Shown here piece by piece: positions 14,495-26,285 of a stretch of DNA of 64,000 nucleotides (position 1 is its first letter; each line of letters begins with the position of its first letter). The DNA is from Macrostomum lignano. Lineage: Eukaryota. The position numbers were made by a program, and so were the translations under genes. The stretch lies in NCBI GenBank assembly GCA_002269645.1, contig NIVC01001798.1, forward strand, positions 62,001 to 126,000, read 5' to 3'. The notes beneath the pieces were generated by a model. It searched no databases. It had not been told where the DNA came from and saw nothing but the letters and a program-made list of their open reading frames with translations.

Positions 14495-14844
14495 ATGTGT
14501 GTAGTTGTCGTAGTTGTTGGAAAGATGCATTTAGCTCGTTTGGGGGAAGATAGAAGAGATAGACAGAGAAAGTCTCAAGCAGCAAATTAAATTTTCTGTT
14601 CTGCAATAATTCTTTCTTGGCTTAGTGCAGTTCTCTACCCTACTTTACCGTCGGTGTAGTTGCGGATTACAGATATCCAGTGGGGCAGCTAATGCAGCTG
14701 AGGGTGACTGTTGGCCCTGAAGGCACTGAACGAATTACTTGATAGAATCATTTTCGCTTGGACTTGTTTTGTACTCGTAAGCATTTACGCTGGTGTCTGG
14801 CGTGTGCAGTAGCTGCATTGGTGTTTGTTAACGATCAGCTTCAG

Positions 14845-15300
14845 GATGTGTCAGGATCTGTGTCAGGATCTGTGTCAGGATCTGTGTCAGGATCTGTGTC
14901 AGGATTTGTGTCAGGATCTGTGTCAGGATCTGTGACAGGATCTGTGACAATATCTGTGTCAGGATCTGCGACAGGATCTGCGACAGGATCTGTGACAATA
15001 TCTGTGTCAGGATCTGCGACAGGATCTGTGACAGGATCTGTGTCAGGATCTGTGTCAGGATCTGTGTCAGGATTTGTGTCAGGATCTGTGTCAGGATCTG
15101 TGACAGGATCTGTGTCAGGATCTGTGTCAGGATCTATGCGATCAGGATCTGTGACAGGATCTGTGCGATCAGGATCTGTTACAGGATCTGTGCGATCAGG
15201 ATCTGTACCAGCATCTGTGTCAGCATCTGTGTCAGCATCTGTGTCAGCATCTGTGTCAGCATCTGTGACAGGATCTGCGCCAGGGTCTGTGAAGATCTGT
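14845..15300. repeat. 12-bp minisatellite (GGATCTGTGTCA)n
   Basis: Direct reading. Confidence 0.95.
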
Positions 15301-15371
15301 CAGAATCTGGGCTACGGTGTGTCATGTGAGAAGGTGACAGAAACTCGCCAGCAGTTGAGCAATGGACTCAC

Positions 15372-15617
15372 CCGGCAATGACAATGAAGCAGTCGAGTCG
15401 GTTCCAGGAATCACCAATGTAGCCGAGTCGGCCCCAGAATCCCATAGCCATCACTTTGACGCACATCTCCCAGGCGAAGAATGCGAACACCGCGTGGTCG
15501 AAGCCAGCCAGCATCTGGCAGCGAGCTTGAGTGCACTGCTCATCGTGGCAGGGCTGGTACATGCCCAGGGTGACGCAGTTCAGCAAGATCACCAGCATGC
15601 TTATGCGCTCGAACCAC
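15372..15617 (-). CDS. Cav3: Cav3 exon 2 (IS1-IS3)
   Basis: [23 protein letters not shown]...[44 protein letters not shown]. Donor GG|GTGAGT; phase 2-2; 246 nt. Confidence 0.95.
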
Positions 15618-15762
15618 GTGCAGCACCGAATGGTTTGAAAGGTTTGATTTGGTTAAGGAAAACTCAAAAGTTGAAATTCAAATTGTGTACGCCCACACAG
15701 CGGCTCTGACTTTCTAATCGTCAGGAATGTACTCTTTGAGCTGTAGTACCCCAGCGCTACAA

Positions 15763-16007
15763 GGGGGTTGTAGGTTGCAGCCTAGTGGTTTGGTTAAAGC
15801 GTCGGACTCGCGGCTGAAAGGTCGGGGGTTCGATTCTCGACACACTCGGAACAATTTGTGTCCATGAGCAAGACACAACTCTGGCATTGCTTCAGTTCAC
15901 CCAGCTGTAAAATGGGTAACCAGCATTAGCTGGGGTAATTGAGGGTGTGTGTGGCGACCTCCCCCCCCAGTCCTTGGACTGAACAGCCGTACGCAGCCTT
16001 CAGATGC
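15763..16007 (+). mobile_element. Same SINE family, 3'-truncated copy
   Basis: A box (TAGTGGTTTGG), B box (GGTTCGATTCTC), body aligns with the 3635 copy. Confidence 0.8.
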
Positions 16008-17423
16008 TCTTCCAGGACTAACGACTACAGACTGCAAGCTCAACAGTGAGCAGAGAGAGAGAGAGAGAGAGAGAGAGTTGTGTCACAGTGCAAACACAAG
16101 TTTAACTGGTTCTGGCACACAATTCATCTTCTCCCCAATACCCGCCTCGCCATGGTCCCCCCCCAACTGCCGTATTGAATTTGAGCAAGCAAGCAACTCC
16201 TCCGTTTCCTGCATGCGGCCTACGGCTGAAAAGTTCTGTTCGAGTCTGAAATCTAATCGACGACTGATGCAGAGCCAGAGAAGGAGAAAAAAATCGGAGT
16301 GAGTCTGTGTGGTGTGTGGTGTCTGTGTGTGTCTAAAACGGAAGAGCATTTTTGCGCGTGTGTGTCGGAGAGGAGAGAGTAGTGCATTACACTGAATGCG
16401 TGCACTGCAGCCCAGGCGGATGTGGGCAATGCCTTCGGCTTCCTATTTCATATGAGCTTGGCTAATGCAATTGAGGGGGCGATGGGATACCGTGTTGGCA
16501 CGATATTTTAATGCTTTGAATCGCCCTATCGCTGTATAAAGGAAAGGGGAAGTCAGCGAATTCTTATTAATGAAACGGGAATGACTGACTGACTGGCTAC
16601 CGCAATAGTGTACTGTGCTGTCCTAAAAACAGGTTAACTATTGATTTGCGCTCCTACCGAGCAGAAAAACGAAATAACATACACTATTCTTAGCTCAACA
16701 AGCCACCTAACACATGGCTCTTTTATACGCTACAGTGTTCCAGTGAGAGAGGAGTTAGAGAACTCATTTAGATTTATGGCGTTCTTCAGGACAAGATGAT
16801 CTTTTTTCAGTTGTTAAAAATATTGCGTGTCAAAATTCTCTGACAATTGGGAGTCTTGCCGAAAATTATGCTCATGGCCAAGATTAAATGAATGCCCAGG
16901 AGAGAAGATTTCTGCATGTTGTTGTTCGCTTCTGGTTATTCTGGGGCGGAGATTCTGATTTAATTTCTTTAGTTTTTTTGTCTGCAACACCGAGATACCG
17001 TTAGCTGGCGTGGAATGTAGTTATGCTAATTTTCCTTGCATCCCGCCTCCTGCCTGTTCCCTGAGCAGCCAGTCATGCGGAGAGACCCTACCCAGCTGGC
17101 GAAAGGGCTGCCCCGAAGCATTAATTCAATTCTGCGCCAGCTGAAGCTGATACACTCGTAATAAAAAGTGTTTTTAAGATTCCCGATTTTGATTTTGAAT
17201 ATTCTGTCGCGAATAAGTTTCGTGAATATTTATTTACTCATAATATTAACATGACATTTTTCGTTGTAAAAGTTTGAAAATTTAATCAGTTTAACATTCA
17301 ATGCTAAGGTCTATGAGTAATGGATTCTTTGTTTGGGGCCAGGAAACCCCGGGAGTTAAGACCATAGACTGTAGCTTCAGCTGCGCTCAAGCATTAGCAG
17401 CAGCATGTGAGCGCCTGTGGCCC

Positions 17424-17595
17424 TTAGGTTGGCGATAACACACTAACAAATGCTGGACTGACACATCTATGTAATATAGAATCTCTTAGGTTGGCGATAA
17501 CACACTAACAAATGCTGGACTGACACATCTATGTAATATAGAATCTCTTAGGTTGGCGATAACACACTAACAAATGCTGGACTGACACATCTATA
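17424..17595. repeat. ~61-bp tandem repeat, about 3 copies
   Basis: CTTAGGTTGGCGATAACACACTAACAAATGCTGGACTGACACATCTAT... repeated. Confidence 0.9.
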
Positions 17596-18834
17596 GAATA
17601 TGTGGTTTGAGAAGTCATTTAGCATGAACGTGGCCAGAATCCTCTACATGTATACGTGTATATAGACTAATTTGACGTCCCTAAGGGCGATGAAAATTAC
17701 ATTTATCCCCCTCCCCTTTTTTATCTTCCCTTGGCTTTCCTTCTCTCTCTCCACTCAGCTCCATCAACTCTTAGGCCAGTCAATTAAAACTGAGCCCCGC
17801 GGGGGGTCACGATTAGCGTCTCTGCTCCGCTCTATTTCGTTTAACTACTCACTACCCTCTCACTACTCTCTTAGGTCCTGGGCCAGTAAAAGTTAATTTG
17901 GCAGATTTTTGAGGCCTTTTTTTCTCGCGAATAAGTCTTATGTACTACGATCGTACTTAGGGCAGAGAGAAGCAATGCTAAAGGAGTGCCCCCCCCCCAA
18001 CGACCTCCCGCTCAATTCCTTTTTCGAGTCGTTTTAGAGCGAGTTCTTTATTCGTCTCGCATTAGTGTGTGTGTGCTCAGTGCTATTCTTGTAGTGCGGC
18101 TCCTCTGAGAACGCTAATACATCAATGCTTTCAGATATTTAGGCCTAGTTAAGCGCTTTATGTCTTAATGGCCTTCCTAATGAACTTCGAATGTTGCTTT
18201 AAAGTTTAAAATGAATGAATATAACATTTTTAGTTCCATTAAAAGAAGCCGAGCCTTCAATTTGAGATACGGGGCCAACCATATTCAACTCAAGCTTCGA
18301 AGATTCGCACTGTGTCTTAAATTCGATGCTCTGTCTGCTGTGCCATAGACTATAGACGGTGTTTTGACCATAGACGAAAGTGGAAACATTGTTTGACTAT
18401 GATTATCAGTGTTTTAAATATTCTTAAAATTCTTAAATAAAATGGTAAATGGAATTCGAAGTTGAAAAGATATAAATCTATCATGGTTTATCGTGGTTTA
18501 GTGAGTTCATCATGGTCCAATTCACAAAACCATAGGCGCAATCTATGATTGATTCATTAGTCTAACTCAAGTACTTTAGTCGTTATCTGTGGTATGGTCT
18601 ATGGCCAAAAGACCTTTGATTCATTGTAAAATCAGCGGGAGGGCACAAACCCCGAGACGACTGTCTATGGTAAATCCTCACTGCTGTGCTAACTACAAAA
18701 CTAAAACAGAGATAAGTTTCTCTGACACGGACAATACTGCTGGATCCAGTCCAGCCTACAGAGCTCAGTGGTCCATGAATCGGTGCTGATATAGACAATT
18801 CTAGAATGCATACCGGAATTAGAAAAAAGGATAT

Positions 18835-18968
18835 GGCCAAGTGACGGCTCTCAGGCACCAGTTCCTGACCGGATGACGCTGATGAAAGTAGCGCAACGCG
18901 ATAGGATAGAATCCCGGATAAGGGATCTCCTCTTCGGCTTGCACTTCCACTTCAATTTCGCTAGACAT
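18835..18968 (-). CDS. Cav3: T-type (Cav3) calcium channel alpha-1, exon 1 (N-terminus)
   Basis: Manual translation from ATG 18968: MSSEIEVEVQAEEEIPYPGFYPIALRYFHQRHPVRNWCLRAVTW-CC. This matches the Cav3 pre-IS1 motif (PYPxxxPxxxxYxxQxxxxRxWCLxxVxxPWFE). There is an in-frame stop upstream, and the exon ends at an ATATCCTTT U12 donor. Absent from the ORF track. Confidence 0.9.
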
Positions 18969-21214
18969 TATTCTGTTGGCGTGGCCGCAACCAACCGAGG
19001 GTTGATAGATTTGTTGCCAGTGACACTGAAGCTGTTTGCTTTCGCTATCCGGCAGGCAAGCATCATTTGGATGCCAGCAGCGGAGGCTCTGGCATCACCG
19101 CGAGTTTTAGTTATGGCTAACTTTTTCTTAAAGAAAAAATAGTAGTTGTCTGTAGCTAAATCTCGGTTTGGACGATGCAACTCCCTCTAATCAGGTCAGG
19201 ACGGTAGTGCTAGGACGAAGCTTGGGCCTCTAGCTACCAATGGATTCTTAGATAAGACGGTCTAAGCAGCCACCCCTTCAGAAGCTCAGGGGATCCATTG
19301 CAGTGAAGTAGGAGAATGGACAGAGGAAGACTCTAGAGATCCAATCACCGGGCAGCACTTCATCGCGGCTGCACTTACTCCTAATCCGTCTCGGCGATAT
19401 ACGTTGCGTGTAAAATAGTTAAAATACTAATAGAAGCACCCGTGCCGCACTACTGTTAGTAGCACTTGTCACCTTCATTTCTGTTTCTAAGAAACTTTCT
19501 TCAGTTTTACAGATGGGCGCTGCAGCAGACCAGGGCGCGTGTCCAGTATGTCAAGTATGGATTTACCATAGACAGTCGTCTCGAAGTTTCGTGCCCATCC
19601 CGCTGATTTTACACTGAATCAATAGTCTTGTGGCCATAGACATACTGGCCATAGGCCACGGTTACTACCTTCTTTGGACGCGTCAACCGCTTCAGAGGAG
19701 CGGTTCCGCCTAAAGATCATATATGCAAAAGATGGATATCACTCATTAACCACTTATGTGGCCATAGAAGCCAATGTAAAATAGTTTGCGTTTCGTGACA
19801 GTGCGAAATAAACTACTGAACTTAGTAGTCTCTGCAGTGCTTGTGATGGGTTCGGCCTTTTAAGCCTGTAGCTTAAAAGCCTGTAGTGAGAGAACTCTGG
19901 CCTCTCACTCCTGTCAGATGGTCAGCCCCGTGGTAGCTAGATTGTGGGCGAGCAGCTAGGTCCTATAGCTAAGAGAAGACAGCGAGAGACAAGCAGGGGG
20001 AATTTGAAAGGTAGAAATTAGCTAATCCGCAGACTAACTAACCCGCTGCCACCAGTGCGTGCGCCCCGGCTCACCAAACCGGAGCTGTCGAAATCGGACT
20101 TCCGACTAGAGGGGTACTGCACTTACCTGCCATCTAGTGTCTTTTAGCTGTCTATCCGAAGTAATAGCCGAATAGAAGGACACTGCTGGGACTCAGATCG
20201 CATTGGTCATGCAGGGACAGAGAGGACTTCTGCAGGGGTTCTTGCGCTGGCGAGCTTTCAAGCACCGCCCAATGTACTACCAAATTCCCAGAAGTTTACA
20301 TGTACAAGTACACGTAACTGCACGCTTTTGGCACTAAATGTGTTAGCAGGTCGACAGATAGCGATGATGTAGATGCATTGCCGCCTTTGGAGATCTTTAG
20401 ACTAACATTTATCTCGTTTTAGCCGCTTAGCTGCCTGAGACTGCACGAAAGTACCAGCCTGGCCCTTAGTTTGCATGTTTATATTGATTGCTTAGATCGA
20501 CTGATTGACTGGGAACTGTGCCGCTTCCGGTCCACTGTGACCTCTGCCCCTAGATCTAGCCGCTTATCTCAGCAGGCATTGTGAAAAAGAAAGAAAGCGC
20601 CAAGTCTTTAACTTCCAGATTTAACTTTCTCACTTAATCCGCAATCCTAAACACCTTAGATCGAGTCAGAGCAAATGGCTACTTTTAGTATTATACGGAA
20701 CTTCTGCCTCGATTTTGGCACACGAAAACAAATAAGCAAAAGTGCAAATCCTATCAGACTACCTAGGAAGGGGCCAGACAAGGGGCGCACCCAGTTAAGC
20801 AGGTCAAGAAAGTCTCTCACCCTACCAATCAGAGGACCTAACCGCCGGTTGCCAAGGATTCCACAGAGACCGAAGCGCTCGGATGGGATGCTGCTGCTGA
20901 TCTTAGTTGATGAGCACCGCAGTTGTTCTCCACTGGCCGGTTGCTGTCGCTGCTCTTAGATTACGACCGGGAAGTCACGGGCGATGCTGTTCAGGGGGAC
21001 TTAACTGGTGAAGCGGAAGCTGATGGGTGACGATGACCCAAGCTTGGGGGACGGAACGTCAGGAAGTTGACCAGGCAGGGGGCGAAGGCCGGTGGAGGAA
21101 GGATCACGAGTGACCTCGGCCGAAGGTAGGAGGAACGAGGCCGAAGGTCCGGAAACCCTTTCGAGGCGCAGGGGGGAAGAGCACGGCCTTTTCGAGCGCG
21201 AGCCGACGTGCCGC

Positions 21215-21347
21215 CTTTTATAGATCTCACGCGGCCGATTTGTTATAGCGAGCGCCGAATTTTCCTATTGGCTGTGGGCCTTTGTTAAAATCGGCGCCGA
21301 ATTTTCTGATTGGTCGAGCCGGGGGCGGTCAGGTCGACTCTGATTGG
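21215..21347 (-). promoter_or_regulatory. Pol II promoter-like cluster: 3 CCAAT boxes, GC box, TATA (CTATAAAAG)
   Basis: ATTGG on + at 21267, 21309 and 21343; GGGGGCGG at 21321; CTTTTATAG at 21215-21223. A CpG-rich segment lies immediately downstream on the minus strand. Confidence 0.5.
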
Positions 21348-22472
21348 CTAAGATCAAGACCCCAAAACTCACCCCACCAGGTGGGCTCCAGAACTCAGGG
21401 AAGTTGACAGGTGAGGTCATAAATCAAAACAAAAACCGAATAAAAGTCACTTGTCTAGACATCCTGGCGCCGGAAGTGACTGCAAAAAGCCCATAACTCA
21501 AAGGAGAAGGTAACAGAGCGAGTGGGAAGGAAACTGGAAAGACCTCTTCGACAGGCTGGAGCCAAAAGTGACAGCTAGACCGCAATGAATCACTAAAAAT
21601 AGTGAAAAAATCACAAATCTGGGGGTCAGAATGAGATAAAACATTCCTCCCAGACTTTGTGTCGCCTGTCTAGACTGTTAGAGGTCAATCCGCCTCAGAC
21701 CCAGACAGGCTGACCTTCCTTCAAGCGTAAACAACTCAAAAATAGAATCCTAGGGGAAGTACATTAAGTCCTTAACATAATTAATGGTAATGTCATATAA
21801 TAGTTTAGGACTCAGCCTAGATGAGAGAATAGAGAGAAATTCCTAAGCTAGCCTACTGACAGTAGGGTAAAAAGCGCATCGAAGCTAAATGTGCGGTTTT
21901 AAGATTGAAAAAAGGTGCATCCTTATCACATGCACCATTCTTAGCTTGATAAAGTAGCTTCAATTATTTAATTCATGAAAAGTTCTATCAAATTCTAAAA
22001 AAATAGCGTCTATGTCCCTAAGCTACTGAACTCAAAATTTAAGCAACCCATGTGACGAAAAGCGACGAATAACTGAGGTCGCGCTTTTCCTATTGCCGTA
22101 AAACAAAGTGGCCTATCTAGGGAATATACGCTCGTAAGACTCATGGTTCCGCCCCTCTGAATTTTCGTATTCTGTAGATGTAGGGACATCTACAATTTAC
22201 GCGTTTGTAGATGTAGGGACATCTACACGTATCTGCATAACGTTGTGCTTTTTTTAATATACTCAGCTTAAAATTGGAGTTTCTAATCTGCAAACAGGAG
22301 AACAATGCTGCCATAAAAGTGGAATCTGTTCATATGCTATGCTGGCTTCATGCGGATGTTAACCTTTTTTCCTAGAAAGCCGTGGATTGGCTGGGCAAAA
22401 CGCATAAATGTGCACGGAGTGTGTCAGAGTCAGTGAGACAAATCCATACAGAATTTCTCTGTAGCAGCAAGC

Positions 22473-22851
22473 ATGAGCTCATCCTGGATACTGCCCTGTC
22501 TGTTTCTGAATCTGTTAACACTGGCATCACCGGTAGCTCAGGCTTTGCAGCTGGCGCACTACCAGCTGTCGGCAATACTGAATGCGTTGCTGCCAACGCT
22601 GAACTCCACACAGCTACGGGAGTTGATGCAACTGGGCAGAAACTTTTCCAATTGTCAGTTACACTATTACAACGCTGATGCCGTCCATGGTGAATTGCTG
22701 AGCAACACGTCCGGTTGGACGTTAATGATTCGGTTTCGTCCTCGAGTGAAGCTTTCTGGTTGTCATAGTAACGATTCAAATCAGAATGTTAATTTAATTG
22801 ACGGGCTAGCGACATTCACCTTTAATAAAAATGATACAAGTAGCGAGCCTG
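22473..22851 (+). CDS. Orphan single-pass membrane glycoprotein, exon 1 (signal peptide and ectodomain)
   Basis: MSSSWILPCLFLNLLTLASPVAQA looks like a signal peptide, followed by N-glycosylation sequons (NST, NFS, NTS, NDS, NDT). Donor CTG|GTGAGT at 22852. Phase does not match the next exon (see findings). Confidence 0.55.
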
Positions 22852-22916
22852 GTGAGTTTTATATTTGATTAATGACGCTCTTTCAGTACAAGTTTAATGC
22901 TGTTATTTATGCACAG

Positions 22917-23048
22917 ATACGTGTTAAACATAACCGTCTGTAAAGGTGGCTTCATCGTACCGATAACACTGAAGCAGTCCATTGTGTTCACCGTGTGCGG
23001 AATCATAATTGCCGGGTTCTTCTGCGTTGCCGCAGGCTTGAGACTTAG
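22917..23048 (+). CDS. Orphan membrane protein, exon 2 (TM helix)
   Basis: Acceptor GCACAG|, frame YVLNITVCKGGFIVPITLKQSIVFTVCGIIIAGFFCVAAGLRL (hydrophobic TM segment), donor AG|GTGAGA in phase 2. Confidence 0.6.
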
Positions 23049-23084
23049 GTGAGATTAAATGCTTGCTGTTTTGTATTGCTCCAA

Positions 23085-24015
23085 ACCCAGACGCCCCACA
23101 GCCCAGCACCCACAGCCCCAACACCCCACAGCCCAAACACCCCACAGCCCAAACACCCCACAGCCCCACAGCCCCAACACACCACAGCCCCACATCCCCA
23201 ACACCCCACAGCCCTAACACCCCACAGCCCCACAGCCCCACAGCCCCAACACGCCACAGCCCCACATCCCCAACACTCCACAGCCCCAACACCCCCACAG
23301 TCCTAACACCCCACAGCCCTAACACCCCACAGCCCCAACACCCCCCACAGCCCCACATCCCGAACACTCCACAGCCCCAACACCCCCACAGTCCTAACAC
23401 CCCACAGCCCTAACACCCCACAGCCCCACAGCCCAACACCCCCCACAGCCCCACAGCCCCAACACCCCACAGCCCCAACACCCCACAGCCCTAACACCCC
23501 ACAGCCCACAGCCCCAACACCCACAGCCCCAACACCCCACAGCCCACAGCCCCAACACCCCACAGCCCCAACACCCCACTGCCCTAACACCCCACTGCTC
23601 TAACACTCCACAGCCCCACCAACTCATAGCCCCAACACCCCACAGCCCCAACACCCCACAGCCCCAACACCCACAGCCCCACAGCCCCAACACCCCACAG
23701 CCCCACAGCCCAACACCCCACAGCCTTAACACCTTACAGCCCTAATACCACACAGCCCAATACCCCACAAATCCAACACCCCACAGCCCCAACACCTAAC
23801 AGCCCCAGCACCTCACAGCCACAACCCCAACACTCCACAGCCCCAACACCCCACAAATCCAACACCCCACAGCCCCAAGACCTAACAGCCCCAGAACCTC
23901 ACAGCCCCAACACCTCACAGCCCCAACACGTCACAGCCCCAACACCTCACAGGCCCAACACCTCACACCCCAAACACCCACAGCCCCTACACCCCAGCTA
24001 CCCAACACCACAACA
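23085..24015. repeat. CCCCACAG/CCCCAACA 8-mer compound repeat (G-rich on minus strand)
   Basis: Direct reading; intron 2 of the orphan membrane gene. Confidence 0.95.
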
Positions 24016-24029
24016 CCTTACACTGGCAG

Positions 24030-24276
24030 AAATCGCCTCAGAAAGCAGCTTCGAAAGCGCAAAACGGTAGTCAGAGAGGCCACTAAAACGAAGTCGCGAC
24101 AGGCACCATCGCATCTGGCGCAGCATCATTTGGTGCCGCTAAGCCGTCAGTCAAGTGGCGCGGCGGCAGCGGCCGCGGAGGCGGCGACGCCACCAGTGTT
24201 CTCATTTAGTTTTTCCAGCTCAAGGCAACAGCAAAGATCAGTGGACTTTGCAGATTCGACTGATTATATTACGGTG
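24030..24276 (+). CDS. Orphan membrane protein, exon 3 (basic stop-transfer segment, cytoplasmic tail)
   Basis: Acceptor GGCAG|A is phase 2 and joins exon 2 in frame: RNRLRKQLRKRKTVVREATKTKSRQ...AAAAAAEAATPP...DYITV. Donor GTG|GTCAGT. Confidence 0.6.
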
Positions 24277-24389
24277 GTCAGTTTTTAAAGCTTTTTTTAC
24301 GAATATTGTTTTGGATGATTTCCTTTAGGATTAAGACTGCGTTGTTGTGGCTGTGGCATCGCATAAGATGGCGCCTCATAGAAGTATGA

Positions 24390-24710
24390 AATGACGTATC
24401 ACAGACGCGTGAACTGGCGATTCACAGAATCGTGAACTGAAGCCTCACATAATCGTGAAACGGCGCCTCACAGAATCGTGAAATGACGCCTCACAAGATC
24501 GTGAATTTGTGCTTCACATAATCGTGAACTGGCGCCTCACAGAATAGTGAAATGGCGCCACAGTTACATAATGAACTGGCACCTCACAGTTACATAATGA
24601 ACTGGCACCTCACAGTTACATAATGAACTGGCGCCTCACAGAATCGTGAACTGGCGCCTTACAGAATCGTGAACCGGCGTCTCATAGAATCGTGAATTGG
24701 CGCCTCACAG
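24390..24710. repeat. Degenerate ~23-bp repeat (TCACAGAATCGTGAACTGGCGCC)
   Basis: Direct reading. Confidence 0.85.
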
Positions 24711-25269
24711 TTGCACCCAAACACACTGGCACCCCTATACGATTGAAACAGAACTCGAGTGCTTAAAATTCAACATTTTAAGCTTGCAGCGAATCGTAAA
24801 ACCTGACAATAAATGTACGGGTTTGTATCTGATGCAGTTCAATCCCGAAGGATCACAGAGAAGTTTATGACTCAAACAAACAGACTAGAAGCGCATCGTT
24901 GCAGCCATATCTAGCTATAGCTATTGCATTTTTTAAATACCCAGTCTGCCAGAGATTCACTTTTCTGTGTTTTTATGAATCGCTCCTGCATTTTGGCGCT
25001 CAGATTTGTGCAGGTTCACAAAGCAAAAAAACTGGCATCCTTCCTCGCTATTGAAAAAGCAGTTATTTTTTGTTGAGAGCTCTCCATTCCTGAGCAAATA
25101 TTTCCTACAAAACAGCCGGTAGATACGGGCTGCGACGAAACCTGCTTTTCTGACTGACTGCTTCAAGCTGCAATGCAGATTGGAAATTATACAGATGAGA
25201 GAGAAGCCGCCACACTGCGGGGCTTCGGAATAAACTGTAGATAGATGAGGCAGGTAGAAGCTGGGGCAG

Positions 25270-26285
25270 TCAAATTGGTGAAAAGGCAGACAAATCGGTG
25301 ATAGGGTAGCCAAATCGGTGATAGGGTAGCCAAATTGGTGATAGGGTACCCAAATTGGTGATAGGGTACCCAAATTGGTGATAGGGTAGCCAAATTGGTG
25401 ATAGGGTAGCCAAATCGGTGATAGGGTACCCAAATTGGTGATAGGGTAGCCAAATTGGTGATAGGGTAGCCAAATCGGTGATAGGGTACCCAAATTGGTG
25501 ATAGGGTAGCCAAATTGGTGATAGGGTAGCCAAATCGGTGATAGGGTGGCCAAATTGGTGATAGGGTAGCCAAATTGGTGATAGGGTAGCCAAATTGGTG
25601 ATAGGTCAGCCAAATTGGTGATAGGTCAGCCAAATTGGTGATAGGTCAGCCAAATTGGTGATAGGGTACCCAAATTGGTGATAGGGTAGCCAAATCGGTG
25701 ATAGGGTACCCAAATTGGTGATAGGGTAGCCAAATTGGTGATAGGGTGGCCAAATTGGTGATAGGGTAGCCAAATTGGTGATAGGGTAGCCAAATTGGTG
25801 ATAGGGTAGCCAAATTGGTGATAGGGTAGCCAAATTGGTGATAGGGTGGCCAAATTGGTGATAGGGTAGCCAAATTGGTGATAGGGTAGCCAAATTGGTG
25901 ATAGGTCAGCCAAATTGGTGATAGGTCAGCCAAATTGGTGATAGGTCAGCCAAATTGGTGATAGGGTACCCAAATTGGTGATAGGGTAGCCAAATCGGTG
26001 ATAGGGTACCCAAATTGGTGATAGGGTAGCCAAATTGGTGATAGGGTGGCCAAATTGGTGATAGGGTAGCCAAATTGGTGATAGGGTAGCCAAATTGGTG
26101 ATAGGGTAGCCAAATTGGTGATAGGGTAGCCAAATTGGTGATAGGGTACCCAAATTGGTGATAGGGCAACCAAATTGGTGATAGGGTAGCCAAATTGGTG
26201 ATAGGGTAGCCAAATTGGTGATAGGACAACCAAATTCGTGATAGGGTAGCCAAATTGGTGATAGGGTAGCCAAATTGGTAATAGA
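25270..26285. repeat. 20-bp minisatellite (CCAAATTGGTGATAGGGTAG)n
   Basis: Direct reading; about 50 copies. Confidence 0.95.

Larger units (their letters stand above)
15618..18834 (-). other. U12-type (minor spliceosome) AT-AC intron, Cav3 intron 1 (3217 nt)
   Basis: 5' end ATATCCTTTT at 18834, branch site TTCCTTAAC at 15660-15652, 3' end TGCAC at 15622-15618. Splicing joins TGG CC|G TGG TTC GAG = W-P-W-F-E, restoring the conserved Cav3 sequence. Confidence 0.92.

Noticed and set aside
20988-21431. Solo LTR (TGTT...AACA)
   Set aside because: No target-site duplication and no convincing PBS or PPT; kept only as an alternative reading of the promoter cluster.
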